DNA of 64,000 bases from positions 63,242,001 through 63,306,000 of the forward strand of contig NW_024704742.1 of NCBI RefSeq assembly GCF_018977255.1. Direction: 5' to 3'. The translations under genes and the position numbers were made by a program. The stretch is from Callorhinchus milii. Lineage: Eukaryota. Below, in pieces: positions 1 to 12,466 of this stretch (the first letter of the stretch is position 1; each line of letters opens with the position of its first letter). A model generated the notes under the pieces. That model was given only the letters and a program-made list of their open reading frames with translations, had not been told where the DNA came from and ran no database searches.

Positions 1-1483
1 TTTGCAACTCTAAATCTTTGTTCTCTTGACCAGCTGCGACTCCAGGTCTGCCAATGTTCTCTCTGCTTGTCTGGCGAACATCAGGGCCTGAATGAGCGAA
101 AACTCCCTACAACTCAATGTTGACAGGAAGGAAGTCCCTACTCATTGGCTCCTGTCAACATTTTCTATCCGGCGGTTCTGACCTCCTCAACCTCTCCGGC
201 CTATCCCAAACCAGCGAACAAACTAGGCATCAGGTTCGACCTACAGCTATCCTTCCCCAAATCCAGTCCCTGACCAGGACCACCTTCCTCTACCTCCGCC
301 AGATTGCCCACCTCCTACCCTACCTTACCCCAGATGCAGGCATAGCACTCGTCCATGCGTTTGTCACCTCGCAACTCGACTTCTCAAATGCCCTCTTTGC
401 TGATCTCCCCATCTCCACGATGCACAGAATCCAGCTGATCCAAAACTCCCGCATTATCACTTGTACTAATCTCTGTACCCCGATCACACCAATTATAGTC
501 AGGCTCCACTGGTTCCTTATCGCCGAATGGATCAATTTCAAGATTCTCGCACTTCATGCCCTGGCACCTCCCTACCTCTCCGACCAGCTTATCCCCAACT
601 CACAACCCTGTGCCTCCATGCAACCGGTTCCAGCCTTCTGTGTGTCTCTTGTGCCCTCCGTTCCACCATTGGTAGCCGTGCTTTCAGCCACTACTCCCCG
701 AAACTCTGGAGCATATGTTGGGAATTCTGATCCCATGGTTCAAAATATGACTCGACAATCCAATATTGGTGCAACAGTAATTTTATTAATCAAAGTAACT
801 TTAACAAAGCACTAATAATATACAGATATATTAAAATGTATACTACCAGGCTCCGGAGCAGTCGATGGTGATGGCTTCTGATGACTTTAAGTCGTTTTTG
901 AAGGGTCTCTCTATTCCTGAGTCTGCTGCCCAACTGCTCTAAAGTTAGGGTAGTTATACTTTTTTGCCCCATTAAACCACCCCTGAGTTTGCTCAATCAG
1001 GGTTAAGCCACATATACTTTCTTTGTGTTAGTTTCTTATCTACCTTCGACCGACATCCCAGGCCTCTTGAGTTAAACCAGCCAGCTCATCATTCTCTGTT
1101 GGATGACGACTTGTTTATCTCCTGCTCAAGGCCTCGAGGCCAGTGCCTATCGCATGCTGATACAGACCTTTCATCTACATGATGAGGTTTTACTCGAACA
1201 AGGTTAATGGTTCTTAAGAATGGTTAAGTGTGTTAACAGGAGTGTATGTTTCTATCTTATCAGAGTGAGACCGGTTCCTCGTGTCTCGAGGAGTGTGCTG
1301 AGCATTATTCTCAAATTGACCTTTCTCAACAACTCTTTCTCTATTCCTCTGCCTTGCCCCTTCCTCCCCCATCTTCAGGTTGTATCTGAAGACCTTCCTA
1401 TTTGACTGTGCCTATGGTCACCTTCCCCTCCACCAGGCTTGTCAAGCACTCTGGGCCTCAATATAAATGTAAGTTGTTGTTGT
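1..1483 (+). mobile_element. L2-clade LINE 3' fragment (ORF2 C-terminal remnant plus tail), split by an LTR-like insert at 716-1331
   Basis: ORF 117-815 has L2-type motifs LVHAFVTSQLDFSNALFADLP and PITPIIVRLHWF. L2 sequence resumes at ~1332 and ends in aaatgtaagttgttgttg. Confidence 0.85.
716..1331 (-). mobile_element. Solo LTR (LTR retrotransposon or ERV, unassigned)
   Basis: ~616-bp insert interrupting an L2. Termini TGTTGGGA...TCTCAACA (TG..CA, 7/8 inverted match). AATAAA on the minus strand at ~782-787 near the 3' end. No clean TSD. Confidence 0.65.
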
Positions 1484-2289
1484 TCTACTGTCTTGGTGCC
1501 TCGAAAAGTATTCTTCTGGGTTAATTTTCTCAATTCCATTTCCATGGGTTTGCAGTTGAATCTGACTGAACCCTGCTTGCGTGATGTTGATCTAACAAAT
1601 GCAAGCTGATTTACCAATCATATTTAGGAGGAATTATAAATTGTGGAGAATATGCTTTCACAAGGCTACATTCTCAATGGAACATGTTCAACGTTGCCTT
1701 GTAGTCATCGCTAAGGCTTGTGATTCAATATATAAAAGAAGTACCACTTTCTTAAAAAATGACTTTTATGCAGCTTACAATAACAATTGATATCATTCTA
1801 TCTGAACAATATGTTTTGGCTTCACCTTAACTCTTTGTCTGTCTGCCACATGTCAGGCTTGTAACACCTTGGGATTGTACTGATAGTCAGAAATAATTTC
1901 TATTTAGGATTAGAAATGCTGGTATTTACAGCAGTCATGTTGCTTGCTGTCAGGCAAAGACATAAAATGTACCTACAATGAAAGGATTTCAGATTTTATG
2001 TTTGGCAGTTCTGTACTGTTCAAAATTGGATATTGCACGAATGCAATATTGCAGCACTCATACCTAATATAAAAATAACAATAATATAATATAAAACCTT
2101 TGTTTGCCTGAAATACCAGCAAAGCATCCCCTTATGAAGAAAAACTAATTACACATTGGATGGATGTAACGTGGAATTCTCTGCCAGAAAACCTTTTTTG
2201 GAAGCAGAGTCCATAGATTATTTTTAAAGGGAATTAGTTTATTGTTGGAGTATTATTTGTATTAGTCCAAAAAAATGTCTAAAAGGGAA

Positions 2290-2470
2290 CTGAGTAATAA
2301 AATAACAATCCTTGCATTTGTTACAGTGCATTTCACATTGGGAGGACATCTCAAAGTGTTTCTTAAGATTTCTTGTAAATTGCAGTAACTGTGTATCTTG
2401 TAGGTGAATACGGCAGCCAATTTGTGTACAACAATGTCCCACAAAACATCCATGAAGTGATCAATTTTAA
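2290..2470 (-). mobile_element. SINE 3' body/tail fragment
   Basis: aatccttgcatttg...ggcagccaatttg...aatgtcccac is shared with the other SINE copies. Confidence 0.7.
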
Positions 2471-2489
2471 CTGGGTGTTGGAATATAAT

Positions 2490-2760
2490 ACAATTTACAT
2501 TTATGTAGTGTTTTTCATATTAGAAGGATGACTCAAAGGATTAAGCAATGTTGCATGGACACCAAGTTGGGTTGGGAGCAGAGATGGGATGGGGAGGGGA
2601 AAGTTGACCGAAAGTCATCAGTCATAGAGGTAAATTTTGAGAGATGCCTTAAACAAGGCGAAGGAGTAGTGAGTTGGATGAGCACTGGGATGGAGTTCCA
2701 GAGCGCACTGTTGGTGGGACAGACAGGGAAAGAGGCATAAAGCAGTCCAGTATTCCCTGA
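2490..2760 (-). mobile_element. Old L2 3' fragment
   Basis: Degenerate match to the L2 tail and the ALWNSIP-coding segment (ORF 2533-2787). Confidence 0.6.
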
Positions 2761-3374
2761 ATGAAGGAAGCGGTCAATGAAACTCATTTAAATATATCAG
2801 AAACAGTGAAGCTCTAAGGGTTAGAATAGTTTTTGCAGAGCAACAGAGGAACTGAAATGAAATTGTAACCTGCATTTCAGCATAATTAGCTTCTGTCTGG
2901 AGGCAAATTCCCCAAATGCTAAAGCTAATAAATAGTGATACGTTCATACAAGTGCAACGATTCATGTAATTGGTCATCTCAGTGAGTGTTGGAATCTCTC
3001 CCTTCATCACATCTTAATTTGGGGACATATCGGTGAAATATATAATGTCTGATGTGATCATTCTCATTGGCGCTACTTACAGAATTCATAAAATTGACAC
3101 CCCTGTTCACAACTCAGTCAATGTCTGACCATGTATGAATCTCCCTGTACCTTCTTGACTTTGGACTTTGTCACAATGTTTGGGCCTGAAGCCAGCTACT
3201 GGCTGCCCTGTATTTTAATGCTGTTTTTGGAGATCCTTATGCACACAATCTAGGCTGACAGTCCAGGGCAGTACTTGAAGAGTACATTGCCATAGGTGCT
3301 TTGAGTTGTTCCAATGTGAAAAGGTGCTATGTAAATGCAGATTCTTTCTTTCTTCCTTAGATAATTATTTGGGG

Positions 3375-3503
3375 AGGACAAGTTTGCAGGTCTATGGGGA
3401 GAGCGCGAGGGAGTGGGATTGAATTGGATAGCTGTTTTCAAAGAGACGGCACAGACACGATGGGCCAAACGGCCTCCTTCTGTGCTGTATAATTCTATGA
3501 TTC
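3375..3503 (+). mobile_element. CR1 3' end
   Basis: gggccaaacggcctccttctgtgctgtataattctatgattc is a typical CR1 3' stem-loop with a ttctatga tail. Confidence 0.7.
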
Positions 3504-4312
3504 CTGCTGGCCATTCCTTCCTTCCTTCCTTCCTTCATTCCAATGCGTTACGACATACATATGAACTAAACAAACCATTTTTACCTTTCAGCAATGGATT
3601 AATAGCCCATCAATTCTGGGCATTCACAATACAAGATTTTTACCAAGGATGGTCAGCAAACGGAGCAAGCAACTGAGGGTGTTCCGAGTAGGAATAAGTA
3701 TGGATGTGCAAGGGGAGTAGAGTAACCCAACATCTGTTCAGTGAGCAATTAATACTTCAGATTTAATTTCTTGATGATAATTTAATTGGATTTGTTAAAG
3801 GAGAATTCACTAAGTCTGCTAATATGTTTCTATATATGCGCCAATTTTAATTAAATCTGAATTTTCTTTGCCTTGCTATCTCTCTCGTGCTTTCAAACAC
3901 CTCCTAATATCTCTTCGACGATGCCTTTGGTCAACATCTTTAAATCTCTTATTTCTTAGCTCAGTTTGCATTATTGCATTTGTCAAGCTCATTGAACGGT
4001 TCCTTTGTGTCTTAAGTGTTACATGCTGAAAATACAAGTTGTTATTTATTGTAACTCTATCTAATAGCAGACACCATTAAAAGTTAGCCTATAATTATAT
4101 TCAGCTTGATATCTTGTTTCTTTGAATTCATAATGAAAATTAATTGAAATTTATTTCCTACAAAAAAATACAATTAAAATGTTAAATTAATGTATTTAAG
4201 TGAACTCAGTGGAGTCGGAAACAATGAACTGGATAATAATTAGATGCCAGCTTATCACTGCAAAATGATTTAAAACAATTCTGTACAAAGTAGTGGCTTG
4301 ATATACAGAGGT

Positions 4313-5120
4313 GAGTTTGTGAAGCGTACATCCAGCGTTTGGAATCCACCTGTGTCCAAGTTGTGGGTAGGAAGATGGCGGCAATATTGTCACGCATTTC
4401 TTGCTGAGCTGCATTGCCTACTAGGAAGCTCGCAGAGAATTCGTGATACCGCCATCCACCTAGTGAAGGCTCAAACCCAACTTGTTGGATGTCAAATGAC
4501 CAACTGGTGACTAGCGAACGTCAGAATCAAGTATAGTGCAACAGAATGTCAGAAGTCTTTCTGTTTGTTTGTTTAACACCGAAATGTCAGAATCAAGCCA
4601 GCCCTCTGTGGTTGTCTCAGTAGTCCAGTTCCTGAGCCAAGTGGGTCTGAAGTACTCCGGACACTGCTGATGACAGTACAGATGGCCTGGCTCATCGGCA
4701 AGACTTGGAAGGACAGCCCAGTCACTGGGGTCAGGGACTCTTCCCATTCTGCTCCTGTTAACCCTGCAAGCCAAAGCCCTAATGGGTAGGGTGGTGTTAG
4801 CTAGACAAGCAGAGTGAAAGATTCCCAGGGAGTGATCTCATGGCAAGCTATGCGGTTTTAGCTTGTAGACTCCAGTAGTACCCCAACACATGCTCTGGAG
4901 TCCCCAAGCCTTGGTTCTTGCCAACCTGCGCCTAATTCTTTCCGGAATTAGATAAGCAGGATGCAACACTTCAGGGAGAGAGTGCGTATTCCATTTGAAT
5001 AAACATCTCTGGAATTTCCATGTATAGGGTTGGATGCATGGAATTCTCAGTTTGGTTGGATACTATTAAGCATTGTGATGGGTTTCCAGATGCATCAGAC
5101 AGACAGCTCACCAAAGAAAA
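4313..5120 (+). mobile_element. Family X non-LTR retrotransposon, 3' copy with internal deletions
   Basis: 4353-4442 translates to CPSCG*EDGGNIVTHFLLSCIAY*EARREF (CCHC knuckle). Homologous to 30080-30127 and 31380-31909. Ends in an A-rich tail. Confidence 0.8.
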
Positions 5121-5751
5121 TTGTAGATGAATATGTCAGCCAATTTGCACACAGCATTGTCCTAGAAAGACTCTTGAAGTGAAAGACATTTTTTTTTATC
5201 TGAGGGATTGTTGGATGGACCACTGGGAGAAACTTTCATCTCTTGGGATGTCTCCTGACCTGAAAGGCGCTATACGAATGTAATTTGTTGTTGTTTTTGA
5301 ATTTCACCCACAAAACACCACTGCGCTCTACAGTCACTGCAAGGTACATCCTGCAAAGTGCTTTAGGACATCCTTGTGACACGAAAGATGCTATACCAAA
5401 ATTATTGTGGGACTTCTGACGTCCACAAAGATATCATACTATTCCTTGTATTTGATTATAGCACCTTATAACGTGGTTGAGCCATCTCAAAGCGCTTCAC
5501 AGAATATTACTGCAAAGTGTAGTGATGACTGTGTATTTGTATGTGAGCAGCAGACAGGACTTTGGTTTAATATCTCATCCGAATGATGATACCTCCGACA
5601 TTGCAGAATTGTACTCAACCATAACAAACTAACGATGTGTAATAACATGCATGCATTGTTGCAGGTAAGTATGAAGTCAACAGTGTTAAATACAAGACAG
5701 GGCACCAAGTACATTGTTTCATACTTAATTCCCATGGTGAATGTTAGACTC

Positions 5752-6602
5752 CAGTAGAAACCCGGTTTGCGGTCACCTCAGTAATCCAGCCACCTCACAA
5801 GTACGGGCACATTTTCACAGTCTCTTTCATTGTCAATGTTAAAAAATAGGCTGCCTGTCTGCTTCAGTAAACTGGGCACCTCACTTTCAGGACAACGGTC
5901 ATTGATTGTGGCCAGTACAGTTCCTTCCTCCGCTTCAAACAAGGTACAAACACCCACCTCCGCTACTAACCTGTACAGTATACAATGCGCTAGGCCTCAA
6001 GCTTCTCGTGCTATTACCTCGACGCTGCTACTGTGGGCAGAAGTGGGCTCTGGTCGGCATTCACCGTGCGGGGAATGTTGGGATTGCAGAAGCGGTGTCA
6101 GCGGAATATCGACTTCGCTCGGCACCCGCGGCCTAACCTGAGCTCCTGCCGCCAATCCTTAGTAAATGATGTATTCAGAGCACATAGTTTGTGTGAACAT
6201 TGTTTGTTTTAATTTAGTGACTGTTGACAAGTGATGTAAAAATGCCACCACGGAAGGAGTTGTCCTTACGTGAGAGTGTGGACTTAATCAAAAACAGTGA
6301 GGACAAAAGTCATAGACAGTTAGCTGTGATCTATGGCATTGGCAGAGCACAAGTTGGACGCATTCTTAAAAGGTAGGCTGGGTACATGACAGTTTTTGTT
6401 TTAAATGTGACAATGCTTTTATTTTAATGAGATTGCAAAGTATGGTTGTTGAATGTTCATCACCCTCCCCATTACCAATGCCCACCCTTAACATTACATC
6501 AGTGACCTGAATAACCCAACCTGTTTCAGTAATCAGGTCACCTCACTAAGTAAGTCATTTTTGCCCAGTCACTTGAGTGACTGGATCAGTGAGATTCTGC
6601 TG
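5752..6602 (+). mobile_element. Internally deleted Tigger/pogo (Tc1/mariner superfamily) DNA transposon
   Basis: Imperfect TIRs cagtagaaacccggtttgcggtcac and (rc) cagcagaatctcactgatccagtcac. TA follows the right end. Subterminal ggtcacctca repeats at both ends. HTH remnant inside. Confidence 0.8.
6242..6376 (+). pseudogene. Truncated pogo/Tigger transposase N-terminus (psq/CENP-B-type helix-turn-helix)
   Basis: Translates to MPPRKELSLRESVDLIKNSEDKSHRQLAVIYGIGRAQVGRILKR*, matching the RK.LSL...V.LI......S.RQLA..YGIG..QV..ILK pattern. Confidence 0.75.
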
Positions 6603-8542
6603 TATGTGGTGTAAGAATTTTCAGTACCATCAAATGGCCAGAAAATGAAGTTACTACATGTGCATTTTAAATGGAGCAGCTTGGCTGATCATTCCATCAG
6701 GACCAGGTTTGCCTACGATACTCCTTCCACGGTCAATAACTTGCCAACACTCCCTGTCAAACCTCAAGCATTATCGGGAGACCATGGAACTATAAATCGG
6801 AAGATGGGGAAAGGCCTCTTAAGAGTAAGAAAAAGAAAATTGAAGTGAAAAATTCAATGAAATACACGATTTAGAAAGTAAGAGAGTAACTGGTTGATCT
6901 CCTGTTTATATGTTAATTTATCAATGTTGGCAAGCAAGATTGACTTATTTTCCACTGGTTAGTAAATCATTGACCTTGCCGGTGTGGTTTTATAATCCTC
7001 TTGAATTGCAGATTGATAAAGAAGCTTTACAATTCTCGATCTTTATTAAAAGGTATTGCTTAAGACTCTTTGAATTGAAGAGATAAAGTCAATCAGAATC
7101 CCCTTAGCATTTGTGATTTTTAATCATTGGCTGCCTGGAAGAAGACTGTTGTTATAATTTTTCCATAAAACAAGCCCAAACCATATGGGTTCTGGCATCT
7201 CAGCAGAAGTTTTGCCAACTAAAAAAAGTTACAACTATTTCCAATATATCCTGTGATATGCTTTCAGACATGAGTCCAACATGAAAGTCGCTATATCAAA
7301 TTCAAGGATATAAGTGACATTAACAGTCCCACCGTGAGATGTTGGTACACACAGGAAGTTTATTATTAAAAATAATATAATACAGTACAATGCTGGGGGA
7401 ATTTACATTTATATAGCACTTTCATGTCGGGAGGATGTTTCAAACCACTTCATAGAATATACAGTAAACTGGAAGTGTCTGTGTATTTTCATCCTATTTG
7501 GTGTCCAATATGGGTCGGGAGAAATAATACATTGTAATGTAACAAAGTGCATTCTGTACTCCGCACTGGATATGAAAGCTTCCATCAAAGAGATTATTTT
7601 TTAAATGAAAATCCTCCAGAGTCATATTTATAATGGTGTCGGACAGGCAAAGTCAGCATCAAGTGCTGCTGCAATCAAAGTGTTAACTCTCTGAAGAGCT
7701 CCATCTCAGCAGGGGAAACTTAGATCAAAAGCAGTACACCAGTGCAGAAAGTCAGTGCACTTAGGATCCTAGACTGATGCCAAGAGGCTGATGTGCAAAG
7801 CTCCTTTAATGGGTGTTTTATCCTGCAATCTAAGGAGGACAGTGCAATACTTATTCTAGAACTGCCTCAGGTTACACTTTGCATTGGCACCAAACTGGCA
7901 ATGAGAACGTTAAACCCATAACCTTCGATAGGCATTTGCACCCGTTTTATATCAAAATGAATCTCTGCAGGGTTTTCACTGGAGTCTTGATACAAGGTGA
8001 ACCAACACTCACAGTTTGATTGCAAGTATAACTGATTACGGGCACAGAGAGAGCAAATGTGTCTTGTTCCTTTCATCGTTGCATCATGAACAACATGGAA
8101 ACACTTGCCGTTCCTCAAACATTAACAGCACTCTTCATGCCAGATCGTACCTTGGAGTGATTAGAACCTGATCATGCTGTAATGATCATGCAATGCTTTG
8201 TTAACTTAGAAACTTTTAACACAGTGCACTCGTACCTCCTCTATGGATTGGCAGCATTTATTATGTAATCTGATTCTTATCTATGATTAAATGAACTTGG
8301 AATCCATAAAAATATAATTAAACTATTCTTGTTCTCATTACCAATTGTGTTCACAGAATAATGGAACCTCGGTTCTATGTTTCTTGTTTATCTGTGTAAA
8401 TTGTTTTACTGAACTTATTCTACACCAGCTATAGCTGGTGACCTCTCCCACACCTGGCTCCATGAGCCTACCATGCACATCCTTGCTCGGGTCCATTGGC
8501 TCCCAGTGGATCAAGTTCAAGATCCTGATTCTCATCTTTAAA

Positions 8543-8896
8543 TGCTGCTAAACAATTGTGTCCTCCAATGCCCCCTTTGCTGGTATCAGCTGCTGCCACT
8601 ACCTGTGGCTGTATCGCAACCAATGCATTTTGCATGACATTACGTGCATGTGGTGGGCACTACAATCATGAGAAGAAGAAGAATAATCACTACGATCCAG
8701 CTTTGACTGTGATCACTGAGCCAGTCTGGCTCATGAACATTCTTGCTCAGCTCCATTGGATCAAGTTCAAGATCTTCATTCCCATCTTTAAAGCCTTCCA
8801 CAGTCTCACCCCACCCCACATGGCGACACAGCTACATGCAGTGGCAGCAGCTGATAACAGTGAAGGAGACATTGGAGGCACAGCTGTTTAGCAGCA
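8543..8896. repeat. Long imperfect inverted repeat (~77-bp arms); foldback/MITE-like
   Basis: Arm 8543-8619 tgctgctaaacaattgtgtcctccaatg...atcagctgctgccact...gtatcgcaa is the reverse complement of arm 8821-8896, with scattered mismatches. Confidence 0.85.
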
Positions 8897-8989
8897 GCAC
8901 CTTCAGTTACACATTGCCACATAGATACCTTATGCTTGTCCTTTTGTTTCTCTCTCTAAAATAATGACATAATGACAGGCAGTCCAGAG

Positions 8990-9713
8990 CTACCTCACTG
9001 AGCTAGTCCAGAACCTTGGTATTTTATTTGACCCTCAACTGTCCTTTCTACCCTACGTCCATGCCATGACTTACTCTGCCTTCTCCCACCTCTACAACAT
9101 CACCCACCTCGCCACCGCCTCATTCCTCAGGCCTCCGAAACCCTCACCCGTGCATCTAAGCTTGACTACGCCAACTCACTGTCTGTTAGCCTTCCCAACA
9201 CTTCCCTCCACAAGCTACAGATCATCCAGAAGTCTGCAGCTCATGTTCTCTCCCACACTAGGCTCCGTGATCCCATCACCCCCATCCTCACCCAGCTTCA
9301 CTGGTTCCCCATCCCTCAGAGAATAGAGTTCAAAATCCTCATCATCGCTTTCAAAGCCCTCCACGTCCTTGCTCCTTCATACCTCTGTGACCCGCTAACC
9401 CCATATCAACCTGTCCACTCTCTTTGCTCAGCAGGCTCCACCCAGCTCACCCCACTTTCATCGGTCAGGCTTCAGTCTCTCTGCCCCACCCTTTGGAACA
9501 CCATCCCACATTCCCATCACCTTGGTCCCTCCTTTGCCTCCTTCAAGGCATGTCTCAAAACCCTCCTCTTCGTCCGCGCCTTTGGCTATCTTCCTATTCC
9601 TACCATCCCGGCCCTCTACCCCTCCTGATCCCAACCCCCTGCTCAGGTTAAAATCCCTGGGACATCCTTCCGATGTATACAAGCACCAAACAAACATCAT
9701 TTGTTGTTGTTGA
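8990..9713 (+). mobile_element. L2 LINE 3' fragment
   Basis: gtccagaaccttggtattttatttgaccctcaactgtcc...; same ORF2 C-terminal segment as the other copies; ttgttgttgttg tail. Confidence 0.9.
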
Positions 9714-9999
9714 TATTAGTTGAAATGCAATAACACTCACAAATACAAGAGTGGCTTTGCAACGAAGGACAGCTAATTAATGTTGTGTTGAGAAAATGGC
9801 CATCTACAATTTTGACTGTAGTGTTCATTTTAATAAACAAATCTGGGAAGGGAGAGAAGCATAGGCACCATTTAAGAAAACATCTTGTATTTTCATAGCA
9901 CCTAATTACATTGATAGCTATTAAAGCTGGAAGCAAAATAAGTTTTCCTTATACAAGCTTAGAGGAAAATATATGGAAATGTCAACATTTGTGTTTTCA

Positions 10000-10280
10000 T
10001 TTGATAAAGTGCCTTTCACATTATGAGGACAATTCAAAGCGTTTCACAGATATAAAATTTTGTAACTGCAATTTGGACGCAAATGGAGGCAGCGAATTGT
10101 GCACACGTCAATATCCCATAGACAGCCGTGAAGTGAATGAACAATTTAATTTGGGGGATTTTTGGCCAAGGCACCTGGAGAAATTCCCTTCTCTTTTTGA
10201 ATAGTGCCATGGGATCTTTAACGTCCACCTGACAGGCACAGAAAGGATCTCGGTTTAATGTCTCACCCGAAGGATAAGAA
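10000..10280 (-). mobile_element. DeuSINE-like SINE (family B) fragment
   Basis: Reverse complement of the Deu-domain core aaagatcccatggcactattcaaaaagagaaggg. Confidence 0.8.
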
Positions 10281-10670
10281 TCAGTAAAAGCCATCCTCAC
10301 GTTAAGAACGCACACATATGGAACTATTTGAATATATTCAGTGAAGCGATTTTGTCCCTCTTTCTCATCTTAACTGAACATATCAGCAAAAAACAGGATA
10401 ATTTTCTTAGGTTACAAAACAGTGCGAGTTTTATTCCCTAGCCACATTCAGCTACAGCCGGTCGGTAGCTGTTTTTATTAAAAGTAACACTTGTTCTCGC
10501 TGTGAGACACTGCTCTTTTTAAATTAAATTAATGGCTCGGTTCAGCCCCTGTGGAGTCTAATTAATTAATCAATGTGAGTGCAGTGGTGCAAATCTGCTC
10601 TGTCACAGTGGGGGAGAATCCCACTGTCCTGTGTCAGCCATTAACTTGAGTGGCCCACAGGCAGAGTGTT

Positions 10671-10680
10671 CCATATTAGG
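10671..10680. promoter_or_regulatory. Perfect CArG box (candidate SRF site) within a TE-free block
   Basis: CCATATTAGG fits CC(A/T)6GG and is identical to the c-fos SRE core. Function untested. Confidence 0.3.
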
Positions 10681-12466
10681 TCTGGACACTAATGCTGTGG
10701 CCGGGCTGTCCCTGCGAGCAAAGCTCTGTCGATAACTGTTCAACAGCTCCTCCAGAGCTTAAAGTAAAAGGGCTAATTGAACACGCACAAACTTTCACAC
10801 AAAATAAAACAACCGTAATGCTTCCCTAGTAATGAGGGTAAAAAAATTGGAGTAAAAAATGTTTGATAATGGATTCAATGTAATAATTTTGTGAGTGAAG
10901 TAAGATGGGGAGGCAAGTTAGACCAATGGTTTAGTCCAGCCTGAAACTGTTACTAATCCAAATTATTCAGGTGGCAATTTTAGTATCTAGCTGCTTGGAA
11001 AGGTGTTGTACTCTGCTGCAGTATATATGGAACATCTATTCTAATCTTGAAACTGATCCAGAACTTTAGAAATTGACCCTTAAATTGAATATACATTTCT
11101 CATAGTAAACTGTCTAGCTAACATGGTAAGTATCATTATTATCTTTCCATGCTGATATAGTAGGAACTTCAAGCTGGCAGAGCAATGGAAAAGTTGGTCT
11201 GATGCCAGCCTTTGTACAGAGCTATAGCACTGAACTGAAGAGATAACAGAGTGTTCATTGTTGACGATGCTGATCATTTTACCAGGTAGGTTGCAAATCT
11301 GTCTAATTGTTACGCCTGTGATGGGGAAAAGGTGCGTTGATAAAACTGTAAGTATCTATCAGGCACCCCAGTTACTGTTTTTGTATTTACTAAAGATGCT
11401 GGTTAAAAGAATCCTGGCAACCCAGAACCAATGGAATAGTTCTACTAGTAATACTGTTGATGAAACATTGCTGCGCACAAATTGAATGTCAGCTAACAGC
11501 TAACTCTCCACCACCATCATGGTCTATGCTCACCTCTTCCCTCTGCCTCGCCCGCTCCAGCTCGGCATCCAATTCCACCATTGTGATCCATTCTGACACG
11601 TTATCCTACAAATGCAAGTTGTTCTTGTTGTTGTCGCATTCAGATCCAAATCCACAGCACTTTATTTCGCAGTAAACCATATGAACCGCTTTGAGATATT
11701 TCAATGATGTGATATCAAATGCAATAATTTATCTATTAATTTTGCAAAATTGGGGGATCTAATTTGTGATATTCTTAACAGATTACTTTATCAGAAATAT
11801 GTAATTATTGGATTAGAAACGTATAACATGTGTTGAACAGTGTTTTATTTAAGTGCTCTGGGACACTACCCTACGGGTGGGTGCTATATAAATGCAAGTT
11901 TTTGTTGTTATTCTTTACTTTCAACAGCATGCATTTCTTATTTAGAAATTGGTTAAGAAATACAACAAATTAGACCCCAATTAATGAAAAGGAAATGCCA
12001 CTGTTTACTAACACCACTGTTTCTTACTATAAAAGCCCATGGAGTAACAATTGTTTTTGGTGTGCAGACTGCATTTTTCAGTCTGATTTTAAATATAGAG
12101 TACAAGCCACAATGAAGCTATGTTAAGGGCTCAGTTTTCTCTTGACATATAGTGTACAAGAATAAGCTGTGACTTCAAGCTCCACATCGGGGCTTTGAAC
12201 TCCAAGCTGACTCTCAAATACAGTGATGAGGGTTCACTGCATTGCTGTTCAGGTGGATGCGAAAGATCCACTATATGTTTAAGAGGCACAACTACATACA
12301 GTACAATTGTAATTCCAGTAAGTCATGCAGATAAGTATAATTTTTTGGATACACTTAGATAAAACAAATATACATGGAAGTGTGACTGAATTGCCAGATT
12401 TATAGGTCATTGATGTGCGCATTGTGCAAGCATTCTTTTCGAAGCAACAAATGTATCTAGCAACGT

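Noticed and set aside
6701..6824. Exon candidate with one open frame
   Set aside because: Weak splice signals and an unrecognised peptide; not distinguishable from chance.
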